From a bacterium (GTDB lineage: Bacteria; JACRDZ01; JAQUKH01), in contig JAQUKH010000003.1 in NCBI GenBank assembly GCA_028719205.1, positions 62,001 to 126,000 on the forward strand: a DNA stretch of 64,000 nt. The letters are read 5' to 3'. Of the stretch, positions 50,436 to 59,920 are shown in pieces. The position numbers and the translations under genes were made by a program. Within the stretch, counting starts at the first letter, position 1; every line of letters starts with the position of its first letter. The notes beneath the pieces were generated by a model. It did not search any database. It had not been told where the DNA came from and worked only from the letters and a program-made list of their open reading frames with translations.

Positions 50436-51407
50436 ATGGCTGAGGAACTTAAAATAAAAGTTTTAGTGGTTGAAGATAATCAGGACCACTCTTTTTTAGT
50501 GAAAAGGGCGTTAGAAAAAACACCTGAATATTTTTCAGTTAAGATAGTTGATAACGTTGAGAAATGTCTTGAGCTGATCCAGAAAGAAGAATTTAATATT
50601 ATTATAAGCGATTATAAACTGCCCGGATTTTCAGGGCTCCAGCTGCTGTCGCAATTAAAAAAGAAGAACATAGACCTGCCCTTAGTTATGCTTACCGGTT
50701 CAGGTAATGAAGAAATAGCGGTTAAGGCGATGAAAGAAGGGGCTTATGATTATGTAATTAAAGAACCTGACTACTTTAAGACTATTCCTCTGGTTATCAG
50801 AAGAGCGATGGACCGGCATAAAGATAAAAAGGAAAAGGAAAAATTAGAGGCAGAGATAAAAAAGAAAGTTCTGGAGTTAGAAGATGTTAATAAAAAATTG
50901 GCGATCCTTTCGATAACAGACGGGCTCACGGAAATTTTTAACTATCGTTATTTAAGCGAAGTTCTGGAAAAAGAATGCGAAAGGACAAAGCGTATTGAAG
51001 GAAACATTTCCTGCATGATAATAGACATTGATTTTTTTAAAAATATAAATGATAAATTCGGACATCAGGCCGGGGATCATATCCTTCAGCAGTTGAGCAG
51101 GATCTTTTTCAAGAATCTGAGGCGTATTGATACTATTGGCCGGTATGGCGGGGATGAATTTATTTTGATCCTTCCTGAGACAACCTCGGAGGGGGCAAAG
51201 ATCGTAAGTGAGAAATTAAGAAAATTGATCGAAAATAAAGTTTTTGTTTTTGAAGGAAACAGTATCAGGGCCACCATAAGCATTGGTATCGCGTCATTTC
51301 CCGGAGGAAAAGTATTAACCAAAGAAATGGTAATAAAATCGGCGGATGACGCGTTATATCAGGCCAAAAAAAACGGAAGGAACAGGACAGAGGTAATAAC
51401 CTCATAG
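50436..51407 (+). CDS. Response-regulator diguanylate cyclase (REC-GGDEF)
   Basis: REC domain, coiled coil, TDGLT, DIDFFK, RxxD I-site (RRID), GGDEF. Confidence 0.95.
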   Translation: MAEELKIKVLVVEDNQDHSFLVKRALEKTPEYFSVKIVDNVEKCLELIQKEEFNIIISDYKLPGFSGLQLLSQLKKKNIDLPLVMLTGSGNEEIAVKAMKEGAYDYVIKEPDYFKTIPLVIRRAMDRHKDKKEKEKLEAEIKKKVLELEDVNKKLAILSITDGLTEIFNYRYLSEVLEKECERTKRIEGNISCMIIDIDFFKNINDKFGHQAGDHILQQLSRIFFKNLRRIDTIGRYGGDEFILILPETTSEGAKIVSEKLRKLIENKVFVFEGNSIRATISIGIASFPGGKVLTKEMVIKSADDALYQAKKNGRNRTEVITS

Positions 51408-51430
51408 AGGATAAAGGGCCCGGAGCGGTT

Positions 51431-52393
51431 TTAAATATTATCCAGGATCTTGCGCAGGTAACTCAGCGACCGTTCTTCTGAAGCAACAGGCTTTTCGTCC
51501 ACGATATCAAATGCTTTTTTGAGTTTCCTGGGCGGGAATTGCTTCATAAGTTTTAAAATTTCCTCTACCATATTCGGGTCATACCTTTTGTAAAGTATCG
51601 CGGCATATTTAGACGCTCTTTCAATATCTTTTTTCTTGTTGTTTGCCTCTAAATTTTTCCATTGTATTTCCGCGTTTTTCCATGAGTATAAAGGTAAAAT
51701 GTTATATTTTATTGCCGGTTTGCCGGTGAAAATATTATTTTCATCGGCAGCTTGGGCTTCCAGCAGGCCGTATTGCTGCAGTTCCTCCAGGCCTTGTTGC
51801 ATTTGTCTTAAACTCAGGTTATATTTAAGCGCGAGCATATCCGGATCTATTGACCAATGAGTATCAAAAGGAGTTAGTTTAAATTCCATGAGATTAATAA
51901 GATAAATATATAATCCCGTGAAAGAAAGCCTTTTTTCCCAGCCAAAGGACCAGAGAGTTTCGGGAATAGCGAGATAATCTAAAGCGGGATATTTATAAGG
52001 CAGGCGGTCTTCCATTAAACTTAAAAGTTTTATTTCCGGATCTTCTTTAAGATTCCGGTCGAATTCTATAAGCTCATATTTTTCATACAGGATATCCAGG
52101 ATCTTTAAAATATTTTTATTTGCTTTTTTTGCAGTTATATCAGGATAAAGATATTCCTTGATTTTTTTATAATCTGTTTCAACCCGGCCTTTCGCGTTCC
52201 CTTTAAAATTCCTTAGAAAGAAAATATATGTCAGAAAAACGTCTTTTTCATCAGAAAAAAGCATTCTTTTCCCCAGTATCTTATTGGTAAGGAATTTTTC
52301 AGGAAGTAAGACATCTTTTTTAACAAGCTCTTCTGCCGCGAGATTAGCAGAGGAAAAAAAAATGATAATCAGAAAAATAAAATATTTCTTCAT
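51431..52393 (-). CDS. Hypothetical protein with signal-like N-terminus and wHTH/DnaD-like features
   Basis: Long ORF; LALKYNLSLRQMQQGLEELQQYGLL resembles an HTH; ends in SYLRKIL. Confidence 0.6.
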   Translation of the reverse strand: MKKYFIFLIIIFFSSANLAAEELVKKDVLLPEKFLTNKILGKRMLFSDEKDVFLTYIFFLRNFKGNAKGRVETDYKKIKEYLYPDITAKKANKNILKILDILYEKYELIEFDRNLKEDPEIKLLSLMEDRLPYKYPALDYLAIPETLWSFGWEKRLSFTGLYIYLINLMEFKLTPFDTHWSIDPDMLALKYNLSLRQMQQGLEELQQYGLLEAQAADENNIFTGKPAIKYNILPLYSWKNAEIQWKNLEANNKKKDIERASKYAAILYKRYDPNMVEEILKLMKQFPPRKLKKAFDIVDEKPVASEERSLSYLRKILDNI

Positions 52394-52468
52394 AGAATAA
52401 ATTATACCTTAAATATATAAAAAAAGACAAATATTCACATTAATGTGTTACAATGAACGAAAAGGATC

Positions 52469-53329
52469 ATGATAAAGATAAAATTATCAATATTAATCCT
52501 ATTTTTATTTATCGGCTGCCAAAGGGTAAATATTAGGGAAACTGTTGTTAAAAATGGGGAATTAAATAATATATCTATATCAAAAGACACGGTATGGAGC
52601 GGCAGTATATACATTAAAGGTGTAGTTACAGTCAAACGCGGGGTTGTTCTGACTATTCTTCCGGGGACTAATGTTTTATTTGAAAAGACAAAAGTGGACA
52701 ATGATGAGATCGGGGACAGCGAATTAAATATCGAAGGAAAGGTCATAGCGGAGGGGACCAGAGAAGCACCTATTGTTTTTACATCTTCTGAAAAAGAAAA
52801 AAAGCCCGTGGATTGGAAATTTGTGTATCTTTCTTTTAATGAAAACAGCAGGCTTTCCTATTGCAAATTTGAGTATGCCTTTACAGGCCTCCAGGTGCAT
52901 TATTCAGAAGTTCATATTGATCACTGCCTGTTTGAGAATAATGTGGAAGGGATGCGGTATTCCACAGTCAGGCTTCTTTTGGAAAACAGCATTTTTCGTA
53001 ATAACGTCTACGGCTTGAGGTATGAAGAGAGACGGTCTGAAGCGGTAGTAAGGAACAATGATTTTAAACAGAATGAATTTGGTATTTTTTGCGTGATGAG
53101 GTCAGACGATAAAACCAGGTTCCTGAATAATAATATTTCAAATAATAAAAAATATAATTTTATTATGGGGCAGGAACAGGAAAAAAGTATAGACGCGGGC
53201 TCAAATTATTGGGGTTCGGATAATGAGTCTGAAATTTTACAGGGGATATTCGACGGACGCAAAGAAGAAACAGTAGGGATAGTTAATTTTTTGCCGTACC
53301 TGATGAAAAGAGTGGATATTGAAGAGTAA
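52469..53329 (+). CDS. Right-handed parallel beta-helix lipoprotein
   Basis: Lipobox IGC; DTVWSG, LTILPGT, PIVFTS, Asn ladder, NYWG. Confidence 0.82.
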   Translation: MIKIKLSILILFLFIGCQRVNIRETVVKNGELNNISISKDTVWSGSIYIKGVVTVKRGVVLTILPGTNVLFEKTKVDNDEIGDSELNIEGKVIAEGTREAPIVFTSSEKEKKPVDWKFVYLSFNENSRLSYCKFEYAFTGLQVHYSEVHIDHCLFENNVEGMRYSTVRLLLENSIFRNNVYGLRYEERRSEAVVRNNDFKQNEFGIFCVMRSDDKTRFLNNNISNNKKYNFIMGQEQEKSIDAGSNYWGSDNESEILQGIFDGRKEETVGIVNFLPYLMKRVDIEE

Positions 53330-53338
53330 GAATAAATG

Positions 53339-53380
53339 GCATAGCGCATGGGGCATTGAGCATGGCGAAAAGAGCACAAA
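53339..53380. repeat. Degenerate heptamer tandem repeat
   Basis: GCATAGC GCATGGG GCATTGA GCATGGC GAAAAGA GCACAAA. Confidence 0.55.
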
Positions 53381-53402
53381 GTTAAGAGAGGATAGGGAAG
53401 AT

Positions 53403-54356
53403 ATGAAAATACTTGCGCCGGTTGACAGTATTAATGAATTAGACGGATTAATTTCCGCGGGCGTTGATGAATTTTACGGCGGTTTTATTCCTTATAACTG
53501 GTTCAGGGAATATGGAGCGGAAGGTTCTCCTAACCGCAGAAATTTCATGTCCGCCCAGATAAAAAGTGAAAATGAATTTTCACAGATCATAGAAAAGATC
53601 CATTCTCACAATAAGCTGTTTTACCTTACATTAAATCAGAAATTATTTAACGCCGATCAATATCCTCTTATGGATAATTTGATGAAATATATTAAAAGCG
53701 TGCATGTTGACGGGCTTATAGTGGCTGACCTCGGGCTCAGCCTTTTTTTAAAAAAAGGGAATTACAATATCCCTGTCATTCTTTCAACGCTCGCGCAGGT
53801 GATGAACGCGAGATCAGCGAAATTTTACGGCGAAATGGGATTTAAACGGATCGTTCTGTCGCGTGACCTGAGCCTGAAAGAAACGGAAAATATAGTAAAG
53901 AGTAATCCTTCGATCGCTTTTGAGACATTAATGCTTATAGGAAAGTGCTTTAATCTTGAAGGTTTTTGTACTTATGAACATTGTAATCCCAACCGGGTCT
54001 GGCCTTGTAATCAGGAATATAAAATATCTTTTGATAAAAAAAGTAATCTGGAAAATGAAGTTGCCAGGCAAATTAAAGTTTACAGCCAGACAAACAGGAC
54101 AGACGCCTGCGGCTTATGTTCACTGATCCAGCTTAAAAAAATCGGCATAAAAAGCCTGAAGATAGTCGGGCGTGGGGCAACTTTAGAGCGGAAAATACAA
54201 TCAGTGGAGTCTATTAAATCTTTATTAAATCTTATAAAAAGTAAAACACCTGTTGACAATGAACTATTTTACGTTCAGGCCAGAGAAAAATATGAATACA
54301 TATTTAAGCATGGCTGCGCGAAAGTTAATTGTTATTTCCCTGAGTTAACCATATGA
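53403..54356 (+). CDS. Peptidase U32-family Fe-S protein
   Basis: KILAP, GVDEFYGG, GLIVAD, RIVLSRDLS, CFNLEGFC (Cx6C), CGLC, LKIVGR. Confidence 0.88.
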   Translation: MKILAPVDSINELDGLISAGVDEFYGGFIPYNWFREYGAEGSPNRRNFMSAQIKSENEFSQIIEKIHSHNKLFYLTLNQKLFNADQYPLMDNLMKYIKSVHVDGLIVADLGLSLFLKKGNYNIPVILSTLAQVMNARSAKFYGEMGFKRIVLSRDLSLKETENIVKSNPSIAFETLMLIGKCFNLEGFCTYEHCNPNRVWPCNQEYKISFDKKSNLENEVARQIKVYSQTNRTDACGLCSLIQLKKIGIKSLKIVGRGATLERKIQSVESIKSLLNLIKSKTPVDNELFYVQAREKYEYIFKHGCAKVNCYFPELTI

Positions 54357-55153
54357 TAAAAAATAATATCGTAAAAATCGAGAAAGCCGTATATTTCAGT
54401 AATGTTGCTTTTTTAAATAAAATTAAAATAAAGAATAATCTGTCCAGGATTTATTTTGGCGATGAATTCTGCCCGTTCCATTTACCAAAAAAAGACGAGT
54501 TGGAATTAGTCCTTGATTATGTAAAAAAACACAAATTGCAATTTACCTTTGTAACCTCATGGCTGACAGATGAAGTTTTTGAAAAAGTTGAGAAATTAAT
54601 AAAGATCCTTCCTGAAAACTCTGAAGTGGTTATTAATGATTACTCGCTGCTTTCGCTGGACAGGAATAAATATAAATTTGTTCCTATCCTGGGGCGTTTA
54701 TTGAACGGCCAGATCAGGGGCCTGAGGCTTGATTATGAAAAACGGACCTCAAAAAATATTTTAGAGCATTCCCGGGGTTCTCAGCCTCAGACCGGGCTCC
54801 TGGCTGATTTTTATAAAGAGAGGGGAATAAACAGGATTGAGCTGGATAACCTTCCCCAGGGGATAAAAACTAATTTTAAAAATATGGATTTTCACGGATC
54901 CTTATATTATCCTTATGGGTATATTACTGTAACAAGGTTTTGCCCTTATGTTGTCATCAAAAACCGGTTCGGCATTATTTTTTCGATAAAAAGGTGTAAT
55001 AAGGCCTGCCAGCAATTTGGCCTTACTATAGAAAATAAAGAGGTTGACAAAAAAATATTTGTTAAAGGGAACGCTCATTTTTTTAAAAATATTATTATCC
55101 CGAAAAACCTATTGGAATTAGGGATAGACAGGTTAGTAGAAGAATTATTTTAA
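54353..55153 (+). CDS. Divergent U32-like partner protein
   Basis: RIYFGDEFC, EVVIND, RIELDN, RFCP, CNKAC; ATGA-coupled to the U32 gene. Confidence 0.65.
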   Translation: MIKNNIVKIEKAVYFSNVAFLNKIKIKNNLSRIYFGDEFCPFHLPKKDELELVLDYVKKHKLQFTFVTSWLTDEVFEKVEKLIKILPENSEVVINDYSLLSLDRNKYKFVPILGRLLNGQIRGLRLDYEKRTSKNILEHSRGSQPQTGLLADFYKERGINRIELDNLPQGIKTNFKNMDFHGSLYYPYGYITVTRFCPYVVIKNRFGIIFSIKRCNKACQQFGLTIENKEVDKKIFVKGNAHFFKNIIIPKNLLELGIDRLVEELF

Positions 55154-56109
55154 TGGAAAATGTTAAAAACGTTTTTTATGTGATCTATCAGGAAATACTT
55201 ATTATGGGGCCTTATTTCCTGATTAGCGTTTTGATAGGCGCCCTGATGAAAACCTACAAGATCGACCGCTGGCTTTACAGCTTTCTGAACAGGTCCAAAG
55301 TTATTTCAATCCTGATCGCCACTGTCGCGGGTGTGGTGTCGCCCATGTGTTCCTGCGGAATACTCCCCGTTTTTGTTACTCTTCTTGATATGGGCGCTCC
55401 TTTGTCCGCTTCGGTAAGCCTTCTTATAACCTCACCGGTCATGAGTATTGAGGCCTTTATTTTAACCTATGGGGTTTTGGGGTATAAAATGGCATATATT
55501 AAACTGTTCGGTGCGGTATTTATCGGTTTGTCAGCTGGTTTTGTTTTTTTGTATTTAGAAAAAATACAATATTTTTCAGTTAATGTTTTAAAGAGAAATA
55601 TTTATGAAGGTAAAAAAGGAGTATGCCAGATAAGGAGTAAAGAGCATGGTGCAGGGGGCATAGGGCAGAGATTGCCTGTGGATACACAATTGGCTGACAA
55701 CAAACTTTTGTTTTTCTATAAAAGGGCGCGGGAGCTTTTCATTTTTATAGGAAAATTTTCCATTATTGCCATATTAATTGACGCGATAATTTCCGTATAT
55801 GTGCCTTTTGAATGGGTAGAGGCGGTTTTAGGGGAAAAAGGCGGGGTAAGATCGATCATTAATGCCGTTCTGATCGGTATTCCTCTTCCGGTAAATGGAA
55901 TTTCTGTAGTAAATGTTTTGAAAGGCTTAATGGAAAAAGGCATGTCAAACGGCGCGGCTGTGGCTTTTCTTTTCGCGGGGCCCGTTACTGCGATACCTGC
56001 CATTATCGCGCTTGCCGGAATGGTTGAAAAAAGAGTAGTCTTTGTGTTTTTAACTATAGGTATTTTAAGTTCATTTTTATTAGGGCTGGTCGGGCAGTTT
56101 ATTTTTTGA
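55153..56109 (+). CDS. ArsP/DUF318-family permease
   Basis: SPMCSCGILP motif; two hydrophobic halves; FLFAGP. Confidence 0.85.
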   Translation: MENVKNVFYVIYQEILIMGPYFLISVLIGALMKTYKIDRWLYSFLNRSKVISILIATVAGVVSPMCSCGILPVFVTLLDMGAPLSASVSLLITSPVMSIEAFILTYGVLGYKMAYIKLFGAVFIGLSAGFVFLYLEKIQYFSVNVLKRNIYEGKKGVCQIRSKEHGAGGIGQRLPVDTQLADNKLLFFYKRARELFIFIGKFSIIAILIDAIISVYVPFEWVEAVLGEKGGVRSIINAVLIGIPLPVNGISVVNVLKGLMEKGMSNGAAVAFLFAGPVTAIPAIIALAGMVEKRVVFVFLTIGILSSFLLGLVGQFIF

Positions 56110-56233
56110 GAAACTTACCGATAATAACAGGGTATATAATATCAAGGTTAGGTTTAAAAAAGTTTTTATATTTTTTATAAAAATTTGATATAATGGTTTT
56201 GTGCTATTTTATTAATTTAAGGAGAAATAAAAA

Positions 56234-57727
56234 ATGAGAAAAATATTTGTTTGTATTTCCCTTTTGATTTTCGGATTAGCAGTGAATTTCAGCAATGCCA
56301 TGGATTTTAAAGATGTGACAAACGAATCCGGTACCGGTGACCCCGGGCGCGGAAAAGGAGTGGCAGTCGGGGATTTTAATAATGACGGGTTGCTGGATTT
56401 TTATGTTTCGAATAAAGGCGGCGGGAATGTTTTATTCCAGAATATGGGCGGGATGAAATTTAAAGATGTAACAGTCCAGGCCGGCGTAAATGAAGCGGGT
56501 TATTCACTTGGTTCGTGCTGGGGAGATATTAATAACGACGGGTATCTTGACCTGTATGTGCCGAAGGGCGGTGTTTATGAAGTTGAATCCAACCGGTTAT
56601 TTTTGAATAACGGTGATGGAACGTTCACTGATATAACCGCGACGGCGGGAGTCGGAACAAAATCTTTCAGTTATGGTTCCGCGATGGCGGATGTAGACCA
56701 CGATGGATATCTCGATATTTTTTGCGCCAATTACGGGCCGAATAATAAAAACGTTTTGTATCACAATAATGGTAATAATACATTTACAGAGGTGACCGAT
56801 AAGGCGGGATTGGGCGACCTCGGCTGGTGCTGGAGCGCTACTTTCGCTGATGTAAACGGTGATGGTTTTGATGACCTGTACGTAGTTCACGGCAGATACC
56901 CGGCGGGTGAGCGAAATAAATTATATCTTAATAATGGTGATGGAACCTTTAAGGATTTCTCAAAAGAGTCAGGAACAGATGATCCTAACTGGGGCCTGGG
57001 TGCTACATTCGCGGATGCGGATAATGACGGCGACCTGGATCTTTTTGTTTCAAACTATCAGGGCGGAAATAAATTTTTTCTCAATGATGGAACCGGACAT
57101 TTTAAGGATTATACGAAAGAAGCGCGTTTAGATAATTATCAAGGCTGGGGTAAAGGCCCGATTTTTGCTGATTTTGATCATGACGGTTATCTTGACCTGT
57201 ATGAGGCGGATTGCAAAGGGCCTAATCATCTTTATAAAAATAACGGCAAGGGAATATTTACCGATATTACCGATAAGATCCCCGGGATCAACTGCGGCAC
57301 GGTTAAGAGAAGCAAGGGAGTGGCAGTCGCTGATTTTGATAATGACGGGGATATGGATCTTTATGTTGTTAACTGGAATACACCGAACAGGCTTTTTAAG
57401 AACACGCAAAATGATAAAAATTTTCTTAAGGTCAGCCTTGAGGGAAGAGCTTCTAACCGCAGCGCGGTAGGTTCATGGGTAAAGGTTTATGATGCCGGGC
57501 ATCTTGGCGATATGAAATATTTCAGGGGATTGCGGGAAGTAACTACTGCCAGCGGTTTTTGCTCAATGAGCAGTCTGGACCTTCATTTCGGGCTCGATGC
57601 TTCTAAAAAATATGATCTGGATATCAAGTTTACAAATGGGACTAAAGTCGTTATGAATGATGTGTCTTGCGGCCAGACTTTGAAAATAAAAGAACCGGCT
57701 AAGATAAATTCTATCGCGAAAAGATAA
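56234..57727 (+). CDS. Secreted FG-GAP/VCBS repeat protein with ASPIC/UnbV C-terminus (CRTAC1-like)
   Basis: Seven DxxxDGxxD repeats; SNRSAVG...LHFGL; AAGGAG RBS. Confidence 0.9.
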   Translation: MRKIFVCISLLIFGLAVNFSNAMDFKDVTNESGTGDPGRGKGVAVGDFNNDGLLDFYVSNKGGGNVLFQNMGGMKFKDVTVQAGVNEAGYSLGSCWGDINNDGYLDLYVPKGGVYEVESNRLFLNNGDGTFTDITATAGVGTKSFSYGSAMADVDHDGYLDIFCANYGPNNKNVLYHNNGNNTFTEVTDKAGLGDLGWCWSATFADVNGDGFDDLYVVHGRYPAGERNKLYLNNGDGTFKDFSKESGTDDPNWGLGATFADADNDGDLDLFVSNYQGGNKFFLNDGTGHFKDYTKEARLDNYQGWGKGPIFADFDHDGYLDLYEADCKGPNHLYKNNGKGIFTDITDKIPGINCGTVKRSKGVAVADFDNDGDMDLYVVNWNTPNRLFKNTQNDKNFLKVSLEGRASNRSAVGSWVKVYDAGHLGDMKYFRGLREVTTASGFCSMSSLDLHFGLDASKKYDLDIKFTNGTKVVMNDVSCGQTLKIKEPAKINSIAKR

Positions 57728-57749
57728 CATTATACTTACATTCAAATTT

Positions 57750-57788
57750 AAATAACCCTGTGGTAATTTTCCGCGGGGTTATTTTTTT
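57750..57788 (+). terminator. Intrinsic terminator after the ASPIC/UnbV gene
   Basis: AATAACCCTGTGG...CCGCGGGGTTATT followed by a T-run. Confidence 0.7.
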
Positions 57789-57805
57789 CCGGTTTGAGGA
57801 TAAAA

Positions 57806-58942
57806 ATGAGCAAAAAAAAAATAATAGTAGTATTTATATTTAATATCCTTTTTTTATTCAGTTGTTCTCGTTATTTAAAAAAAGATATTGTCCTCCAATC
57901 CGGCCACATCAAAGGAAAAGCTGTTTATCAAAACAAAGGCATTAGCAGCGCCATTGTTTATGTCTATAACAAATCCGAAAAAGATTATTCATTACGACTT
58001 CTTACTTTTTCCTCCCCTTCGGATCAAAATGGTAATTTTTCTCTTGAGCTGAAACCAGGGACCTATTATTTAATGGTTAAAAAAACTAAGGGCCCTGCGG
58101 CAAGTATATTGGAAAAGAATGATTATTTCGGTTATTTGGGCGGAAATCCGGTTAAAGTTTCAGCAGGAAGCTCGGTTGACCTGATCATAAACTGCGTAAA
58201 AAATATTTATACTTCTTCGGAGATCGGGGCCTTTTTAAATGCGGATAAACCGGGTATCTCAGGCGCGGTTTATTATGATGATAAACCGCTGGACAGGGCG
58301 GAGGTCTTTATTTATTTAAGCATGGAAAATGACTTGAGAGGCCCGGCGTATTACTCCGCGGTAACCGATGAGCAAGGCAGATTTTACGCCCCGCTTGAAG
58401 CCGGCACTTATTATATTGTTTTGCGTAAACGGCTCTCGTCAGATCAATTCGGTCCGATCCAGGCGGGGGATTTTTTCGGATATTACGAAGCTAATCCGAT
58501 ATCTCTTAAACAAGGGGAACATCAGAATGTCCTGCTATATGCTCTGAAAAAAGACGCCCCTAAAGGTTCAGCTAATATTGCTACTACCAGCGGTATGACG
58601 GGCGCTGATCAAACATTAATTTCAGGTAAGGTCCATGATCTTGATAAAAAACCCGTGAGCGGCGTATTTGTCTGTCTTTATAAAAATGATGAAATGGTGG
58701 GAAAACCGGAATACATCTCGAATAAAACAGGTGAAGACGGATCTTTTCAGATCAATATGGTTTCTGGCGGTAAATTTTATTTGATCGCGAAAGAAAATTT
58801 CGGGGCTATTCCGCAGCCCAACGATTTTATCGGGTATCTCTCGGAATCAAAGGACCATTCCATTGAAATTACAGCCGATAAAAAACTGGCCGGCCTGGAA
58901 GTAATTGGCGAGAAGATATTATCACGTAATTATGATAAATAG
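57806..58942 (+). CDS. Second three-domain carboxypeptidase-regulatory-like lipoprotein (paralogue of 47703)
   Basis: Lipobox FSC; shares GGNP, GPIQxGDFxGY and DHS motifs with 47703. Confidence 0.78.
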   Translation: MSKKKIIVVFIFNILFLFSCSRYLKKDIVLQSGHIKGKAVYQNKGISSAIVYVYNKSEKDYSLRLLTFSSPSDQNGNFSLELKPGTYYLMVKKTKGPAASILEKNDYFGYLGGNPVKVSAGSSVDLIINCVKNIYTSSEIGAFLNADKPGISGAVYYDDKPLDRAEVFIYLSMENDLRGPAYYSAVTDEQGRFYAPLEAGTYYIVLRKRLSSDQFGPIQAGDFFGYYEANPISLKQGEHQNVLLYALKKDAPKGSANIATTSGMTGADQTLISGKVHDLDKKPVSGVFVCLYKNDEMVGKPEYISNKTGEDGSFQINMVSGGKFYLIAKENFGAIPQPNDFIGYLSESKDHSIEITADKKLAGLEVIGEKILSRNYDK

Positions 58943-59849
58943 AAAATGGGTATTGTTTTATATATTTGTTTATTTTATCTGCAGCGGGCATTCCTTCTGG
59001 CCTTATCAAAAACAAAAAGAAAATAGCTCTCCCCAAAAATCATCTTCCGGTCCTGATGAATTCCCGAAAGAAACCATAATAATTTCAGAGGATACTACCT
59101 GGTCGGGAAAACTGGAGATCAGGCAGGTAGTTTTAATTAAAAAGGGAGTGAGCCTTACGATAGCCCCGGGAACAGAACTGATTTTTTCAGGCGCGAAGAT
59201 AAAAACGGAAGATGTCCATACTATTCAGGGCGGGGGTATAAAGGTCGAGGGGAAAATTATCGCGGCGGGGACCAAAGATAAACCTATCATTTTTACGGGC
59301 AAAGAAAAATACCGGGGCTGGTGGGGAAATATCTATTTAACTTACAGCCAGGATAATATTTTTACTTATTGTATTTTTGAATACGCTAATTACGCTATCC
59401 ATTCGCATTTTTCTTCCTTAACTGTTTCCCATTCCTTATTTGAAAATAATTATGAGGGCTGCCGGCTGGGTTATTCCCAGGCGCTTATTGAGAACTGCGT
59501 ATTCCGTTTAAATGAAAGCCGTGGAATAAATTTCAGGGCGGGGAAGAATAATATCAGGAACAATAGTATTGTGGGTAACAGGGTCGGGATATTCATTTAT
59601 GAGAAAGGGAACCAGTCGGATATTGTTTTAAATAATATTTTTAACAATGCCGAATATAATTTACAACTGGGCGATTTTCACAGGGAAGATGTCAAAGTAT
59701 CAAAAAATTTCTGGGGTAAAAAAGCGGATCACGATAAAATGATCCATGACAATAAAGATGACAATAATCTCGGGAAAGTCGAATATCTCCCTGTTATTGA
59801 AGAAGAGATACATTGGAAGGATGACACAATAGTAAAAAACCTAAGATAA
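58932..59849 (+). CDS. Second right-handed beta-helix protein (paralogue of 52469)
   Basis: DTTWSG, LTIAPGT, PIIFT, FEYA, NFWG, YLP. Confidence 0.82.
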   Translation: MINRKWVLFYIFVYFICSGHSFWPYQKQKENSSPQKSSSGPDEFPKETIIISEDTTWSGKLEIRQVVLIKKGVSLTIAPGTELIFSGAKIKTEDVHTIQGGGIKVEGKIIAAGTKDKPIIFTGKEKYRGWWGNIYLTYSQDNIFTYCIFEYANYAIHSHFSSLTVSHSLFENNYEGCRLGYSQALIENCVFRLNESRGINFRAGKNNIRNNSIVGNRVGIFIYEKGNQSDIVLNNIFNNAEYNLQLGDFHREDVKVSKNFWGKKADHDKMIHDNKDDNNLGKVEYLPVIEEEIHWKDDTIVKNLR

Positions 59850-59868
59850 CAATAAATGAAATAACCTG

Positions 59869-59897
59869 TTGATAAAATACAAAATAAATGGTATAAT
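59869..59897 (+). promoter_or_regulatory. Sigma70 promoter of the menaquinone operon
   Basis: TTGATA-N17-TATAAT with extended -10 TG. Confidence 0.7.
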
Positions 59898-59920
59898 AAC
59901 CACTTTATTATGGAGACAAA

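Noticed and set aside
42005-56109. Selenocysteine read-through in the DUF362, U32 or permease genes ending in TGA
   Set aside because: The TGA codons are at natural C-termini, mostly ATGA overlaps with the next gene, and the proteins look complete
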